A DNA stretch of 63,882 nt, counting the filler, from Stramenopiles sp. TOSAG23-2 (taxonomy: Eukaryota): assembly GCA_900128395.1 (NCBI GenBank). It is 13 parts of 13 records of this genome, joined end to end, with 100 filler letters (N's around TTAATTAATTAA, not from the genome) between each part and the next. Parts side by side here need not be neighbours in the genome. Positions count along the whole stretch, not along the records: positions 19,765 to 24,587 come from LT650802.1; positions 24,688 to 29,505 come from LT650803.1; positions 29,606 to 34,420 come from LT650804.1; positions 34,521 to 39,334 come from LT650805.1; 9 more parts are not named here. One strand, written 5' to 3'. Shown in pieces: positions 23,465 through 35,067 of this stretch; the stretch's first letter is position 1, and each line of letters starts with the position of its first letter. The notes under the pieces were generated by a model, which made no database searches, was not told the DNA's origin, and saw nothing but the letters and a program-made list of their open reading frames with translations. Made by a program: the position numbers and the translations under genes.

Positions 23465-24033
23465 GCTAATGCTGTGTCCATGTAATAAAAACGATATTAA
23501 TGCTGTGTCTATATTAATTACTGCTATGTTTATATTAATTATTCATCAAATGATGCTGTGTCCATGTAATAAAAACGATATTGATGCTGTGTCTATATTA
23601 ATTACTGCTATGTCGATATTAATTATTCATCAAATGATGCTGTGTCCATGTAATAAAAACGATATTAATGCTGTGTCCATATTAATTACTGCTATGTTTA
23701 TATTAATTATTCAGCTGCTAATGCTGTGTCCATGTAATAAAAACGATATTAATGCTGTGTCTATATTAATTACTGCTATGTTTATATTAATTATTCATCA
23801 AATGATGCTGTGTCCATGTAATAAAAACGATATTGATGCTGTGTCTATATTAATTACTGCTATGTCGATATTAATTATTCATCAAATGATGCTGTGTCCA
23901 TGTAATAAAAACGATATTAATGCTGTGTCCATATTAATTACTGCTATGTTTATATTAATTATTCAGCTGCTAATGCTGTGTCCATGTAATAAAAACGATA
24001 TTAATGCTGTGTCTATATTAATTATTCATCAAA
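23465..24033. repeat. 84-bp minisatellite (about 6.7 units) with 252-bp higher-order period
   Basis: Units start at 23469, 23553, 23637, 23721, 23805, 23889 and 23973, in variant order A-B-C-A-B-C-A'. Confidence 0.95.
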
Positions 24034-24900
24034 AAACGTTTTGTTGCCCATCCTCGATATGACCGTTTTTCCCGCCTATGAATCCCCATTATTGTACTTC
24101 TTACAATACGAAGTGAGGACAATTAATATCTCCAATAACTTATATATCTTTTACAAACTAAAACGTGATACAAAAATGTTAAAACTTGATAGGTGTGTTT
24201 TTTCATAGACTAACATAAAACATATACACAGCAGGTAAATCATCATAATAATGTATACTTGGAATTTTGATGTCATTTTTACATTGTTGAAATCACCAAC
24301 TTATTGTTTTAAGTCGAAGAAAGAGAGAGTAGGAAAGGTGGCCAAGAGAGTAGAAAACAGGAAGTGTGAGATATAAATATAAAGAAGATAAAAGAGATAA
24401 ATCATATAATATATAGATTTGTATTTATTGTTTTTTTTTTTTTCGTTTTACTGATATTAGATATAACGAAAGGTAAACATAATATTTAAAGAGATTAGAA
24501 TTATTTATAAATCAAATTATTAAAGTATAATTATAATGTCCAATAATAACGTATCAAGGGAACAATTAGCAAATGCATTAGCAGTTGNNNNNNNNNNNNN
24601 NNNNNNNNNNNNNNNNNNNNNNNNNNNNNNNTTAATTAATTAANNNNNNNNNNNNNNNNNNNNNNNNNNNNNNNNNNNNNNNNNNNNGCTCAATACTCAA
24701 TCGCAAGAATAATATTCTATCCTACTATAGTAAAGCTCTAATACACCTCTGCAAACTAATACTCTACAAGCATGAGTAGTATGAATAGTTATATACGACT
24801 CGTAATTATTTACTCGTATTTCTAATCAAATACGCGCATAAATTTTATATAGAAAAAGGTATGTTGGAAAAAGCAGCTGTGATAATCGTCTTGAAATTGA

Positions 24901-27057
24901 TTAACGACTTTGGAAAGCAGTTGCTTGTGCACGAAAACTACGTGATTTTGCTTCAAGCTTTGCAATCTTACTTTTCGACATGTACTTCTTTGCTTCTTCC
25001 CATTCACGATCCAACCACCACAAGGTACCATGGGTTGTTGCATTTTTACATTGCTCTTTGACAGTCTCCAATGCAATTTCTGCTGCTTGCATACTCTCTT
25101 CACTTCGTACTGCTGCCTCTTTTGCAAGCTCAGCACTTTTTGCTGCTGCTTCTGCTGTTTTAGCTGCTTCTGCCGCGGCTGCTTTTGAAGCTGCTGCTTC
25201 TGCATCAGCTTTTTCTCTTTGTGCTACTGCATTTGCACGCGCTTCAATCGCGCGATTGTGGGAACCAGTTGCAGCCTTTTCTAATGTAAGAGCTGTTGCT
25301 TCTTCTTCTTTTGCAATCTCTTCTTCGTTCTTTGCTTGGTTTTCTGCTTCTTGAGCTGCTAATGCATCTTTTTGTGCTTGCTCTGCTGCTGCTTTTGCAT
25401 CTGCAGCTGCTTTACTTGCTTGTTCAGCATCAGCATCTGCAAGTTGTCTTGCTTCAACAGCTTTTGCACGAACACCAGCAGCCTTTTCCTTTGCTGCGGT
25501 TGCAACAGATCTCTCAGACTCTGCTTCTGCAGCTTTTGCTTTTGCTTTTTTCGCTGCTCTACCAACTTTTCTTACTGTTGCACCTTGATTGATTTTTGCT
25601 CGGTCTAATGGCATTGGATCTTTTGCTTTCAACTGTGCCAGTTCAGCAGCTGCCCGGCCTTTTGTTACTGTACCTGCATCTGAGTCTGCAACTGCTGCTA
25701 ATTGAGTACATTTATCATCATAAGCTTTTTGTTGCGCGTTCATTTCTGCAAGGGCATCTTCAGCTGCTTTTTGAGCAGCTGCCAAAGCATTTGAAGCGGA
25801 TACGGCTTCTGCTTCAACAGTTGCTAATTTTGCCTCTGCTTTGGAACATACTTCCTCTTCGGCAACAGCATCTGCTTCTTTTTCTTTAGCAATTTTTGCA
25901 GATGCTTGTGCAGCTTGTGATTGTTCATAACTTTCATTTGCAGCAACCTCACTAGCTTTTGCAGTTCGTCTTGCTTCTTCAGATGCCTCTTCCGCAGCTT
26001 GGCGTGCACTTGTTGCCTTTTCCGCTTGTTCGTTTGCTGCCTCTCTTGCAGCCGTTGCTGCTTCTTTTTGACTTTTTGCTGATGCTTCTTTTTTAATTGC
26101 TTCTGCCTCACTTTCTTGTGCTTTTTTTGCAGATGCAACTGCTTCTTCTTCTTTTTTCTTCGCCTCTTCTGCCGCTGTCGTAGCAGCGACAGCATCTTCT
26201 TCTGCTGCTTTAGCAGCTACTGCACTTTGTTCAGCTTGAGTTTGTGCGTCTGCTAATGCTTGTTTCGCAGCTTCAATCTTTGCAGTTGTTTCATCGTCGC
26301 CACCAATCACTGCATTTACAAGGACATGGTAATCAAGTGAATATTGGAAAATAAAAAATTCAGTCAATGAAACTTTTTTATTAAAATCAACATCAACCTC
26401 TTTTAAAATTTCACGCATTCTCTTAATTGTCATTACTCTTCCAGTTTTCTCTAAGAAAACATGGGCTTGGAATTCATCAAGCTCATTCCCATCTTTGCCG
26501 TTTTGCAAATCTAACTTTGCAATTAAACGAGCAAAATCCCACACTTTTTCTCTTGCATCAGGATTATTACCAAAATTCATAGGCTCAGTATTCCAATATG
26601 CATTTAGAAACCACTGCGCTTGTTCATAATAATTTTTTTCTGATAATTCTTTCAATTTCGAAAAATCACTTTTTTGCGATGAAGGTGGCGGTGCTTTGCC
26701 AGACTTTGTTTCTGCTGGGCGTAGCATAGATGTGCGTCTTGCTTTTGCTTTGGAAGATTTTCTGGTTTCGTCACTTGGTGCAGCTGGTAAAGCAGATACT
26801 TTATCGTTTGACTCAGGCGCTTTTGGTGCATCAGTTGTTGCTGACATATAACTCAAACCATCTAAGTAACTAGAAAATTCTTCATAATCTTTCAATTGTT
26901 TCCATCCTTCCATAGCTTCGTTCCAGATCCATGTTTCATCATCGATTCCACCATCTTTATGGTAACCAGCCATCTCAGTAGTTGAAAATGGACCAACGTT
27001 TTCAACACCATCTTCACCTAAATAAAACCACTCTGTTTCGTCGTTCCAAGAAGTCAT
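24901..27057 (-). CDS. Mirror copy of the 27136-29292 gene (probably artefactual)
   Basis: Identical translation in the other palindrome arm. Confidence 0.5.
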   Translation of the reverse strand: MTSWNDETEWFYLGEDGVENVGPFSTTEMAGYHKDGGIDDETWIWNEAMEGWKQLKDYEEFSSYLDGLSYMSATTDAPKAPESNDKVSALPAAPSDETRKSSKAKARRTSMLRPAETKSGKAPPPSSQKSDFSKLKELSEKNYYEQAQWFLNAYWNTEPMNFGNNPDAREKVWDFARLIAKLDLQNGKDGNELDEFQAHVFLEKTGRVMTIKRMREILKEVDVDFNKKVSLTEFFIFQYSLDYHVLVNAVIGGDDETTAKIEAAKQALADAQTQAEQSAVAAKAAEEDAVAATTAAEEAKKKEEEAVASAKKAQESEAEAIKKEASAKSQKEAATAAREAANEQAEKATSARQAAEEASEEARRTAKASEVAANESYEQSQAAQASAKIAKEKEADAVAEEEVCSKAEAKLATVEAEAVSASNALAAAQKAAEDALAEMNAQQKAYDDKCTQLAAVADSDAGTVTKGRAAAELAQLKAKDPMPLDRAKINQGATVRKVGRAAKKAKAKAAEAESERSVATAAKEKAAGVRAKAVEARQLADADAEQASKAAADAKAAAEQAQKDALAAQEAENQAKNEEEIAKEEEATALTLEKAATGSHNRAIEARANAVAQREKADAEAAASKAAAAEAAKTAEAAAKSAELAKEAAVRSEESMQAAEIALETVKEQCKNATTHGTLWWLDREWEEAKKYMSKSKIAKLEAKSRSFRAQATAFQSR

Positions 27058-27074
27058 ATTTTATTATTATTATT

Positions 27075-27118
<44 letters not shown>

Positions 27119-27135
27119 AATAATAATAATAAAAT

Positions 27136-29292
27136 ATGACTTCTTGGAACGACGAAACAGAGTGGTTTTATTTAGGTGAAGATGGTGTTGAAAACGTTGG
27201 TCCATTTTCAACTACTGAGATGGCTGGTTACCATAAAGATGGTGGAATCGATGATGAAACATGGATCTGGAACGAAGCTATGGAAGGATGGAAACAATTG
27301 AAAGATTATGAAGAATTTTCTAGTTACTTAGATGGTTTGAGTTATATGTCAGCAACAACTGATGCACCAAAAGCGCCTGAGTCAAACGATAAAGTATCTG
27401 CTTTACCAGCTGCACCAAGTGACGAAACCAGAAAATCTTCCAAAGCAAAAGCAAGACGCACATCTATGCTACGCCCAGCAGAAACAAAGTCTGGCAAAGC
27501 ACCGCCACCTTCATCGCAAAAAAGTGATTTTTCGAAATTGAAAGAATTATCAGAAAAAAATTATTATGAACAAGCGCAGTGGTTTCTAAATGCATATTGG
27601 AATACTGAGCCTATGAATTTTGGTAATAATCCTGATGCAAGAGAAAAAGTGTGGGATTTTGCTCGTTTAATTGCAAAGTTAGATTTGCAAAACGGCAAAG
27701 ATGGGAATGAGCTTGATGAATTCCAAGCCCATGTTTTCTTAGAGAAAACTGGAAGAGTAATGACAATTAAGAGAATGCGTGAAATTTTAAAAGAGGTTGA
27801 TGTTGATTTTAATAAAAAAGTTTCATTGACTGAATTTTTTATTTTCCAATATTCACTTGATTACCATGTCCTTGTAAATGCAGTGATTGGTGGCGACGAT
27901 GAAACAACTGCAAAGATTGAAGCTGCGAAACAAGCATTAGCAGACGCACAAACTCAAGCTGAACAAAGTGCAGTAGCTGCTAAAGCAGCAGAAGAAGATG
28001 CTGTCGCTGCTACGACAGCGGCAGAAGAGGCGAAGAAAAAAGAAGAAGAAGCAGTTGCATCTGCAAAAAAAGCACAAGAAAGTGAGGCAGAAGCAATTAA
28101 AAAAGAAGCATCAGCAAAAAGTCAAAAAGAAGCAGCAACGGCTGCAAGAGAGGCAGCAAACGAACAAGCGGAAAAGGCAACAAGTGCACGCCAAGCTGCG
28201 GAAGAGGCATCTGAAGAAGCAAGACGAACTGCAAAAGCTAGTGAGGTTGCTGCAAATGAAAGTTATGAACAATCACAAGCTGCACAAGCATCTGCAAAAA
28301 TTGCTAAAGAAAAAGAAGCAGATGCTGTTGCCGAAGAGGAAGTATGTTCCAAAGCAGAGGCAAAATTAGCAACTGTTGAAGCAGAAGCCGTATCCGCTTC
28401 AAATGCTTTGGCAGCTGCTCAAAAAGCAGCTGAAGATGCCCTTGCAGAAATGAACGCGCAACAAAAAGCTTATGATGATAAATGTACTCAATTAGCAGCA
28501 GTTGCAGACTCAGATGCAGGTACAGTAACAAAAGGCCGGGCAGCTGCTGAACTGGCACAGTTGAAAGCAAAAGATCCAATGCCATTAGACCGAGCAAAAA
28601 TCAATCAAGGTGCAACAGTAAGAAAAGTTGGTAGAGCAGCGAAAAAAGCAAAAGCAAAAGCTGCAGAAGCAGAGTCTGAGAGATCTGTTGCAACCGCAGC
28701 AAAGGAAAAGGCTGCTGGTGTTCGTGCAAAAGCTGTTGAAGCAAGACAACTTGCAGATGCTGATGCTGAACAAGCAAGTAAAGCAGCTGCAGATGCAAAA
28801 GCAGCAGCAGAGCAAGCACAAAAAGATGCATTAGCAGCTCAAGAAGCAGAAAACCAAGCAAAGAACGAAGAAGAGATTGCAAAAGAAGAAGAAGCAACAG
28901 CTCTTACATTAGAAAAGGCTGCAACTGGTTCCCACAATCGCGCGATTGAAGCGCGTGCAAATGCAGTAGCACAAAGAGAAAAAGCTGATGCAGAAGCAGC
29001 AGCTTCAAAAGCAGCCGCGGCAGAAGCAGCTAAAACAGCAGAAGCAGCAGCAAAAAGTGCTGAGCTTGCAAAAGAGGCAGCAGTACGAAGTGAAGAGAGT
29101 ATGCAAGCAGCAGAAATTGCATTGGAGACTGTCAAAGAGCAATGTAAAAATGCAACAACCCATGGTACCTTGTGGTGGTTGGATCGTGAATGGGAAGAAG
29201 CAAAGAAGTACATGTCGAAAAGTAAGATTGCAAAGCTTGAAGCAAAATCACGTAGTTTTCGTGCACAAGCAACTGCTTTCCAAAGTCGTTAA
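27136..29292 (+). CDS. GYF_2 domain + EF-hand calcium-regulated actin-bundling-like protein with long Ala/Glu/Lys coiled coil
   Basis: WFYL...VGPFS...ETWIWNEAMEGW (GYF_2). EQAQWFLNAYW, LDEFQAHVFLE, EVDVDFNKKVSLTEF, ELAQLKAKDPMPL and GTLWWLDREWEEAKKY resemble the Dictyostelium 34-kDa actin-bundling family. Confidence 0.75.
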   Translation: MTSWNDETEWFYLGEDGVENVGPFSTTEMAGYHKDGGIDDETWIWNEAMEGWKQLKDYEEFSSYLDGLSYMSATTDAPKAPESNDKVSALPAAPSDETRKSSKAKARRTSMLRPAETKSGKAPPPSSQKSDFSKLKELSEKNYYEQAQWFLNAYWNTEPMNFGNNPDAREKVWDFARLIAKLDLQNGKDGNELDEFQAHVFLEKTGRVMTIKRMREILKEVDVDFNKKVSLTEFFIFQYSLDYHVLVNAVIGGDDETTAKIEAAKQALADAQTQAEQSAVAAKAAEEDAVAATTAAEEAKKKEEEAVASAKKAQESEAEAIKKEASAKSQKEAATAAREAANEQAEKATSARQAAEEASEEARRTAKASEVAANESYEQSQAAQASAKIAKEKEADAVAEEEVCSKAEAKLATVEAEAVSASNALAAAQKAAEDALAEMNAQQKAYDDKCTQLAAVADSDAGTVTKGRAAAELAQLKAKDPMPLDRAKINQGATVRKVGRAAKKAKAKAAEAESERSVATAAKEKAAGVRAKAVEARQLADADAEQASKAAADAKAAAEQAQKDALAAQEAENQAKNEEEIAKEEEATALTLEKAATGSHNRAIEARANAVAQREKADAEAAASKAAAAEAAKTAEAAAKSAELAKEAAVRSEESMQAAEIALETVKEQCKNATTHGTLWWLDREWEEAKKYMSKSKIAKLEAKSRSFRAQATAFQSR

Positions 29293-30635
29293 TCAATTTC
29301 AAGACGATTATCACAGCTGCTTTTTCCAACATACCTTTTTCTATATAAAATTTATGCGCGTATTTGATTAGAAATACGAGTAAATAATTACGAGTCGTAT
29401 ATAACTATTCATACTACTCATGCTTGTAGAGTATTAGTTTGCAGAGGTGTATTAGAGCTTTACTATAGTAGGATAGAATATTATTCTTGCGATTGAGTAT
29501 TGAGCNNNNNNNNNNNNNNNNNNNNNNNNNNNNNNNNNNNNNNNNNNNNTTAATTAATTAANNNNNNNNNNNNNNNNNNNNNNNNNNNNNNNNNNNNNNN
29601 NNNNNCATTATTTGATGAATGATGTTGTACCATTACTGGTACAGCTTGTGCTGTTGGCACGTTGCTATTATTGTGGTTTTTTGTTGCAAATGATGACATA
29701 TGATCTATTTCTTTATTGAATATATGATGTAATGATGATGATGATGATATATATCTATATCTAGTTGTCGTCTATTTACTATTATTCAATATAAATTTAA
29801 AATAGTTGTGTTGCTTGTCTTTGTGCATATTTATTATTATTATTATGAGTGTATATGTTGTACTTGGTAAATTATGATGTGAATTTATTATTTGTAATAG
29901 CCAGATAGTTACGAGGAGATATCATTGTTGTTCAATATTTCTGCTGTAGACCACGTATTTATTAATAGCTAGCTAATACTTCCATCAGCCTTGTTGGTTG
30001 TTGTCTTGGTTTGTTAATGCTATTCTTATGCTATAATATTAAACCCACATGAAAAAGATGCTATTTTCATATTATTACTGCACAATGTGCACCCACCCAC
30101 CACCACATTCAAGCTAGCTAGCCATTCCAAGCAAGCCAAGCCTGGCAAGGTAGCTAGCCTACTAGATCGTAAGGAATCTCGGATGGCAGAGATGATAAAG
30201 CTTCAACAAAAGTTAGTCATGATACATGGTACTGGAAGTGGTACCTGGGACTACACTGGAAAACCACGATGTAAACCTGCAAGTGCAGGTAAGAAATACA
30301 GTATTATCTTACTTAAAAAACATGTCTTTGTACAAATTTGGTTACACAGTTGCATGGGATAAGATACCATGTATTATACGTGGACATAGCATACAGACAT
30401 ATAATACCATTGTATTACTATTATATCTTATAATTTATCATTATGCACCCATAATATCCGGCTCAAAAAGAGGGGAAAATTAATATATACATACACACAT
30501 TTATTCTAGATTTATAAAAAAAACAAATTTTAACAAAACATTCCCAAACAATAAAACACAATGCTATTAAAACATAGTTACAAATCAAATCAAATTTGCA
30601 AGAATATATTAAAAAAAAAACAAAAAGATATAAAG

Positions 30636-31352
30636 ATGAAATCATTCACAATATGTTGTATTGTATTGCTACATATCATTTTAGTACCATCATCAATTGT
30701 ATCATTTACACCATTAATTGATATAGATAAAAATTCAGGTCCAGAACGTTCTGTTGATGTATATACACATTTAATAAATAAAGCAACAGTTGATAATCCA
30801 TTGATTATCTATTTTTATAAACCAGATTGCCATCAATGTGAAGATTTTGAACATATATTATCGGCATTAGCATCAGAAAAAACACCATCAATGCAACGAT
30901 TTACATTTGCAAAAGCAATTGGAGATGCATCCAGATCTTTCCCGATTGGAAATCCACATAGTTATACATTTTTACATAAATTAAATATACATAAATTTCC
31001 ATCAGTAAGATTTTTTCCACAAAATGAAAAAGTCGAATGTATGCATGATTTAGATGCTATTAAAAATGCTTTGTTTAAAATGAATATGCTTGGAAAAACA
31101 TTTCCACCTATATTAAAAGCAAATCAACATGAACCAACGCCATATCATTATTCACAAAAATTATTATTAACATCTGCAATACCAATAGCAACAAAACGTG
31201 CATTATCATCAAGAAGAGAAGTAGCTTCTTCCCATCACATTGAAACAAATTCATTTATCCAAACGTATGTACATACACAAACACGTATGAATGCATTTAT
31301 CGAATTATTTAAATATCCTGTACGTGGTGGTCAATGTCATAGTAGTAAGTGA
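30636..31352 (+). CDS. Secreted thioredoxin-fold protein (CHQC)
   Basis: Signal peptide from ATG 30636; IIYFYKPDCHQC and IHKFPSVRFF (cis-Pro motif). Confidence 0.75.
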   Translation: MKSFTICCIVLLHIILVPSSIVSFTPLIDIDKNSGPERSVDVYTHLINKATVDNPLIIYFYKPDCHQCEDFEHILSALASEKTPSMQRFTFAKAIGDASRSFPIGNPHSYTFLHKLNIHKFPSVRFFPQNEKVECMHDLDAIKNALFKMNMLGKTFPPILKANQHEPTPYHYSQKLLLTSAIPIATKRALSSRREVASSHHIETNSFIQTYVHTQTRMNAFIELFKYPVRGGQCHSSK

Positions 31353-31647
31353 GTTAAGGAGGTGGTGTGGTGATATTTTAAAAAAAAAATTATTTAAAGA
31401 ATAAAGAGTGCGTTTTATGTAGTGCGTGTGTCAAAAAAGTCTTTTATTATTTTAAAATTTAATATTTTATGATACGTATTTTTTTTTATTTTTTAAAATA
31501 TATGTGTACACATTACAGGTAATATAAAAAAACATAAAAACGTATTACACACACATACACACACACATTTGTTGACAAAAATTTATACGCACGAAACCCG
31601 TACGAACCGTATTTCTTTCCACACACACACACACAATTTTAAAAATT

Positions 31648-32793
31648 TCAATACCTATTTATATTATGACCCATTAACTCAGCATATCCCATGGATTCAT
31701 TTAATAATTTAATAAATTCATCACATTTATTTGTTGCTTCAAATTTAAAATTACATTTTACACCATCTATGCTTTGAAAGATAAACGATTCATTTCCATT
31801 TCGATTTATTTTACCATTACATAATTTTATTAAAGGCATACCGCCGAAACGAACACCACGTTCAGTAACTTTATTAAATTTATTATCAATATGATTATCA
31901 GTTAAATTAAAAAATTGTATTTCATTAGATATATGATCAAATACAACATGTAAATCTTCAAATTTTTGATAACAACATAGAATTGACTTTGTACATATCA
32001 ATGCCCTAGCATCATTTGATGGAATTTTTTTAATTTTTTCTAATTTGTTTCGTCGTTCCTCTGCTTCTTTTCGTAATTGTTCTTCTTTTTCTTTTCTTGC
32101 TTTTTCTGCAAGTAGCCATTTCTTATGTTGTTCTTCTTGTCTCTTTTTTACATCATCTGAATGTTTTTTCTCTGAATTTTTCATTGCCGTATCTACATCA
32201 ATTCGTGCTGGTAAGTCTGCAGTCACTAATTCCAACGAAACTGTATCTTTACGTTGTATTTCATGACGGCTATCAGCATCCCCTTGATTCCAATGATCAG
32301 ATATCGTTTCTTTACGTTGAATTTCATGTGGATTTATATCACTATTAATTCTTGGTATTGTCGCTTGGCTATCTTTATGTAACATAGTATGACTTTTTTT
32401 CAATAGAAAATCTTCAAATTCTTTTTCATCATCATCATCATTATTATTCTTTCTATCATTTGTATTTGATGTTGCTTGTGATGTAGTTGTAGTTATTTTC
32501 TTTGGTACAGGCATTATCACACCATCACTATTATTATTATTATTTCGTTGTCCAATACTTTGCCCAACTAATTTTTTAGATGCTGGTATTGGTTGTGCCA
32601 TTTTACTCCAATCATCTGATTGATGCCGTTGTATTTGACGCGTAGCTGATGATGCAATTATACTTTTTGCCGTATTGTTGCCATTGTTGTTATCATTACT
32701 ATTATTATGTAACGCATGTGATTGGCTAATTACATTATTCGTTGTTTTTTTGGACCATTCATCACTTTTTTTTGGGTTTAATTTATGTGCCAT
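31648..32793 (-). CDS. Hypothetical protein: disordered N-terminus, charged helix, possible PH-like C-terminus
   Basis: 381-aa ORF; the C-terminal beta-rich segment ends FKFEATNKCDEFIKLLNE (PH-like terminal helix, weak). Confidence 0.6.
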   Translation of the reverse strand: MAHKLNPKKSDEWSKKTTNNVISQSHALHNNSNDNNNGNNTAKSIIASSATRQIQRHQSDDWSKMAQPIPASKKLVGQSIGQRNNNNNSDGVIMPVPKKITTTTSQATSNTNDRKNNNDDDDEKEFEDFLLKKSHTMLHKDSQATIPRINSDINPHEIQRKETISDHWNQGDADSRHEIQRKDTVSLELVTADLPARIDVDTAMKNSEKKHSDDVKKRQEEQHKKWLLAEKARKEKEEQLRKEAEERRNKLEKIKKIPSNDARALICTKSILCCYQKFEDLHVVFDHISNEIQFFNLTDNHIDNKFNKVTERGVRFGGMPLIKLCNGKINRNGNESFIFQSIDGVKCNFKFEATNKCDEFIKLLNESMGYAELMGHNINRY

Positions 32794-33274
32794 TTTTATT
32801 GTAAAAAAAACTAATATATATAAATATATCTATATGTCCTAGCCTATACTATATATTATACACAAACAAACATAAAGAAAAGTATAATATATGATAAATA
32901 TACGATATGGTATGATATTCGTTTCCGTAGGATTGTTGATTTCATTGATACATTGATACAATTATTATATATAAAAATTTTACAAGAAGAAAAACAAATG
33001 TTGCAAATGTTGTATAAAATTGTAAATTATCCTTTCATATCACCTCCTATCAAGTCTTTATAGTATATAAGTACAACAATAGTCATGTTTACCAGTTTAA
33101 GTTTTTTTTTTAAATAAATACTTTTTTAACTTTTGCATGCAACTTTTCGTTCTTCGGTGTGTATTTTATTATACTTTAAACTATGTAAAAAAAATACAAA
33201 AAAAAAAAGAAATAGTAGATATAGAAATAGATAGAATGTAGACAATACATATATATATATATATATGAGAAACA

Positions 33275-33919
33275 ATGAATGAAGTTATTGTATTAGATGA
33301 TAGTGACGAAGAGGAGGAAGGTAATAAACCAAAAAATGGACAAGTGGTACAAGATTTGACAAATGATGATGTTGTATATATTGGTGAGACGAATGATAAT
33401 CAGAATAATAATAATAAAAATGATGATAAAATAAAAGACGAAGATATGAATTTACTTTGTACTTTAGGTTTTCCAAAAGATCAAGTAAGGAATGCATTAT
33501 TGTTGTGTAGTGGTAGTAAAGAAGCAGCGGCAGCGTATTTATTTGATGGGGTATTACCAAATGAAAATGTAAATAATGGTGGTAGTAATAGCAACAACAA
33601 TAACAATAATAATCAGAATAATAATGATGATATGATGATGATGATGATGTTGCAGCAGGAACAATTTCAACTTCCAAATAATAATAATAACAATAACAAT
33701 GGCAATAATAATAATGTAAACAATTTATTAATGTTTTTATTAGAAGATCAAGACTTTTATGAAGCATGCCATCATGCAAATAGGCACGATAGAGATACAT
33801 CATCTAAGGCAGTATTAGAAGCATTAATGAGACTTGGTAAACGAAATCCAGAATTCATGCAAATCATTGCTCAAAATCCATTGCAATTAATTGATTTAGT
33901 ATCATCTATTGAATTTTGA
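33275..33919 (+). CDS. UBA + XPC-binding-like (Rad23-related) protein with N-terminal SIM-like motifs
   Basis: LCTLGFPKDQVRNALLLCSGSKEAAAAYLF (UBA); LMRLGKRNPEFMQIIAQNP (XPC-binding/STI1-like); EVIVLDDSDEEEE. Confidence 0.75.
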   Translation: MNEVIVLDDSDEEEEGNKPKNGQVVQDLTNDDVVYIGETNDNQNNNNKNDDKIKDEDMNLLCTLGFPKDQVRNALLLCSGSKEAAAAYLFDGVLPNENVNNGGSNSNNNNNNNQNNNDDMMMMMMLQQEQFQLPNNNNNNNNGNNNNVNNLLMFLLEDQDFYEACHHANRHDRDTSSKAVLEALMRLGKRNPEFMQIIAQNPLQLIDLVSSIEF

Positions 33920-35067
33920 CATATATCTTACGTAATATAGAGAGTTTTCTGCAAAAAGTGATATTACTCATAAACATTAAACATTTGCGTAATTTGAAAA
34001 TTACATTAATGTACACACACATACGCACACGTATGTTTTAAAGTTGCAACACAGGTATTTTTATCATACATATATATAATACATCTTTCGTTTCCCCAGA
34101 GTACATTTAATAAACACACACACGCACACACACAAGGATGTACTTCTCTGAGTTCTCTCGACCCATGTACCTTTCCTCTCCAATAAAATCGCCACTTTCA
34201 CTTTCTTCCGAGAGCCAAGTTCGACAGTGCTATTGCCATGCTAATATTATATTATGAGAGGCAAATTGATCGCACACACACAATACACACACATCGCAAA
34301 TAGGTACAAATGACATCTAAATTACATCCAAATAATACGTAATTAATAAAACTAAGAATTATATGATATAGAAAGAAATGAAGATTTTGGAAAGTAATAA
34401 AACAACAACAACAACATTATNNNNNNNNNNNNNNNNNNNNNNNNNNNNNNNNNNNNNNNNNNNNTTAATTAATTAANNNNNNNNNNNNNNNNNNNNNNNN
34501 NNNNNNNNNNNNNNNNNNNNACGTTTAAATGTGTGAAAATTGGGGTGGTATAGAGAGCTATAGTGTGTGTTGTGTGTTACGAAGTTCGTAATTATATACA
34601 CACACACACATCATTTGTAATGTATTTAGTTTTTTTAAAAGTTTTTTTGTTTTTTTTGTTTTAAAATAATCGAAATGTGCAAATTATTTTTTTTTAGTAA
34701 AATTAAATAATAATTTAAAAAATTGCGATTTGCGAATTTGCTACGGTATAATATCGGTATTCTAATTAGTACAAAAATACAAAGTATCATCATAAAAATC
34801 GTCCTTTACTATCATTTTCTGGTTTTTTGTTGATGACGGTTATAATAATAAATTAAAATATAAATATCCTTCCAGTTGTTGCAGTTGTTGTTATATGCAG
34901 TTTACTCTGGCAAGCGGGCAAGCGCAGAGTCTTCCCATGCAGTTGAAGAAATGGATTGTGGATCAACCTAGAATCTGGTAAATAGATATAATTATTATTA
35001 TAGATATCCTGGGCAATATCTGGATATTATATATAGTACAATAAGAGCAGCAGCGCAAAAAAGAAAC

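Larger units (their letters stand above)
24688..29505. repeat. Whole-contig perfect palindrome centred on a (TA)n microsatellite
   Basis: The two halves are reverse complements about 27096/27097, with identical 718-aa ORFs on both strands. Confidence 0.97.

Noticed and set aside
23465-24033. CRISPR array, or the 220-aa ORF as a protein
   Set aside because: No unique spacers or cas genes in a eukaryotic context; the ORF merely follows the 84-bp period.
24688-29505. Giant palindrome as a real inverted duplication or hairpin replicon
   Set aside because: Arms appear identical, fill the contig exactly, pivot on self-complementary (TA)n and leave only 78 bp between the ATGs. A fold-back artefact is the simplest explanation.
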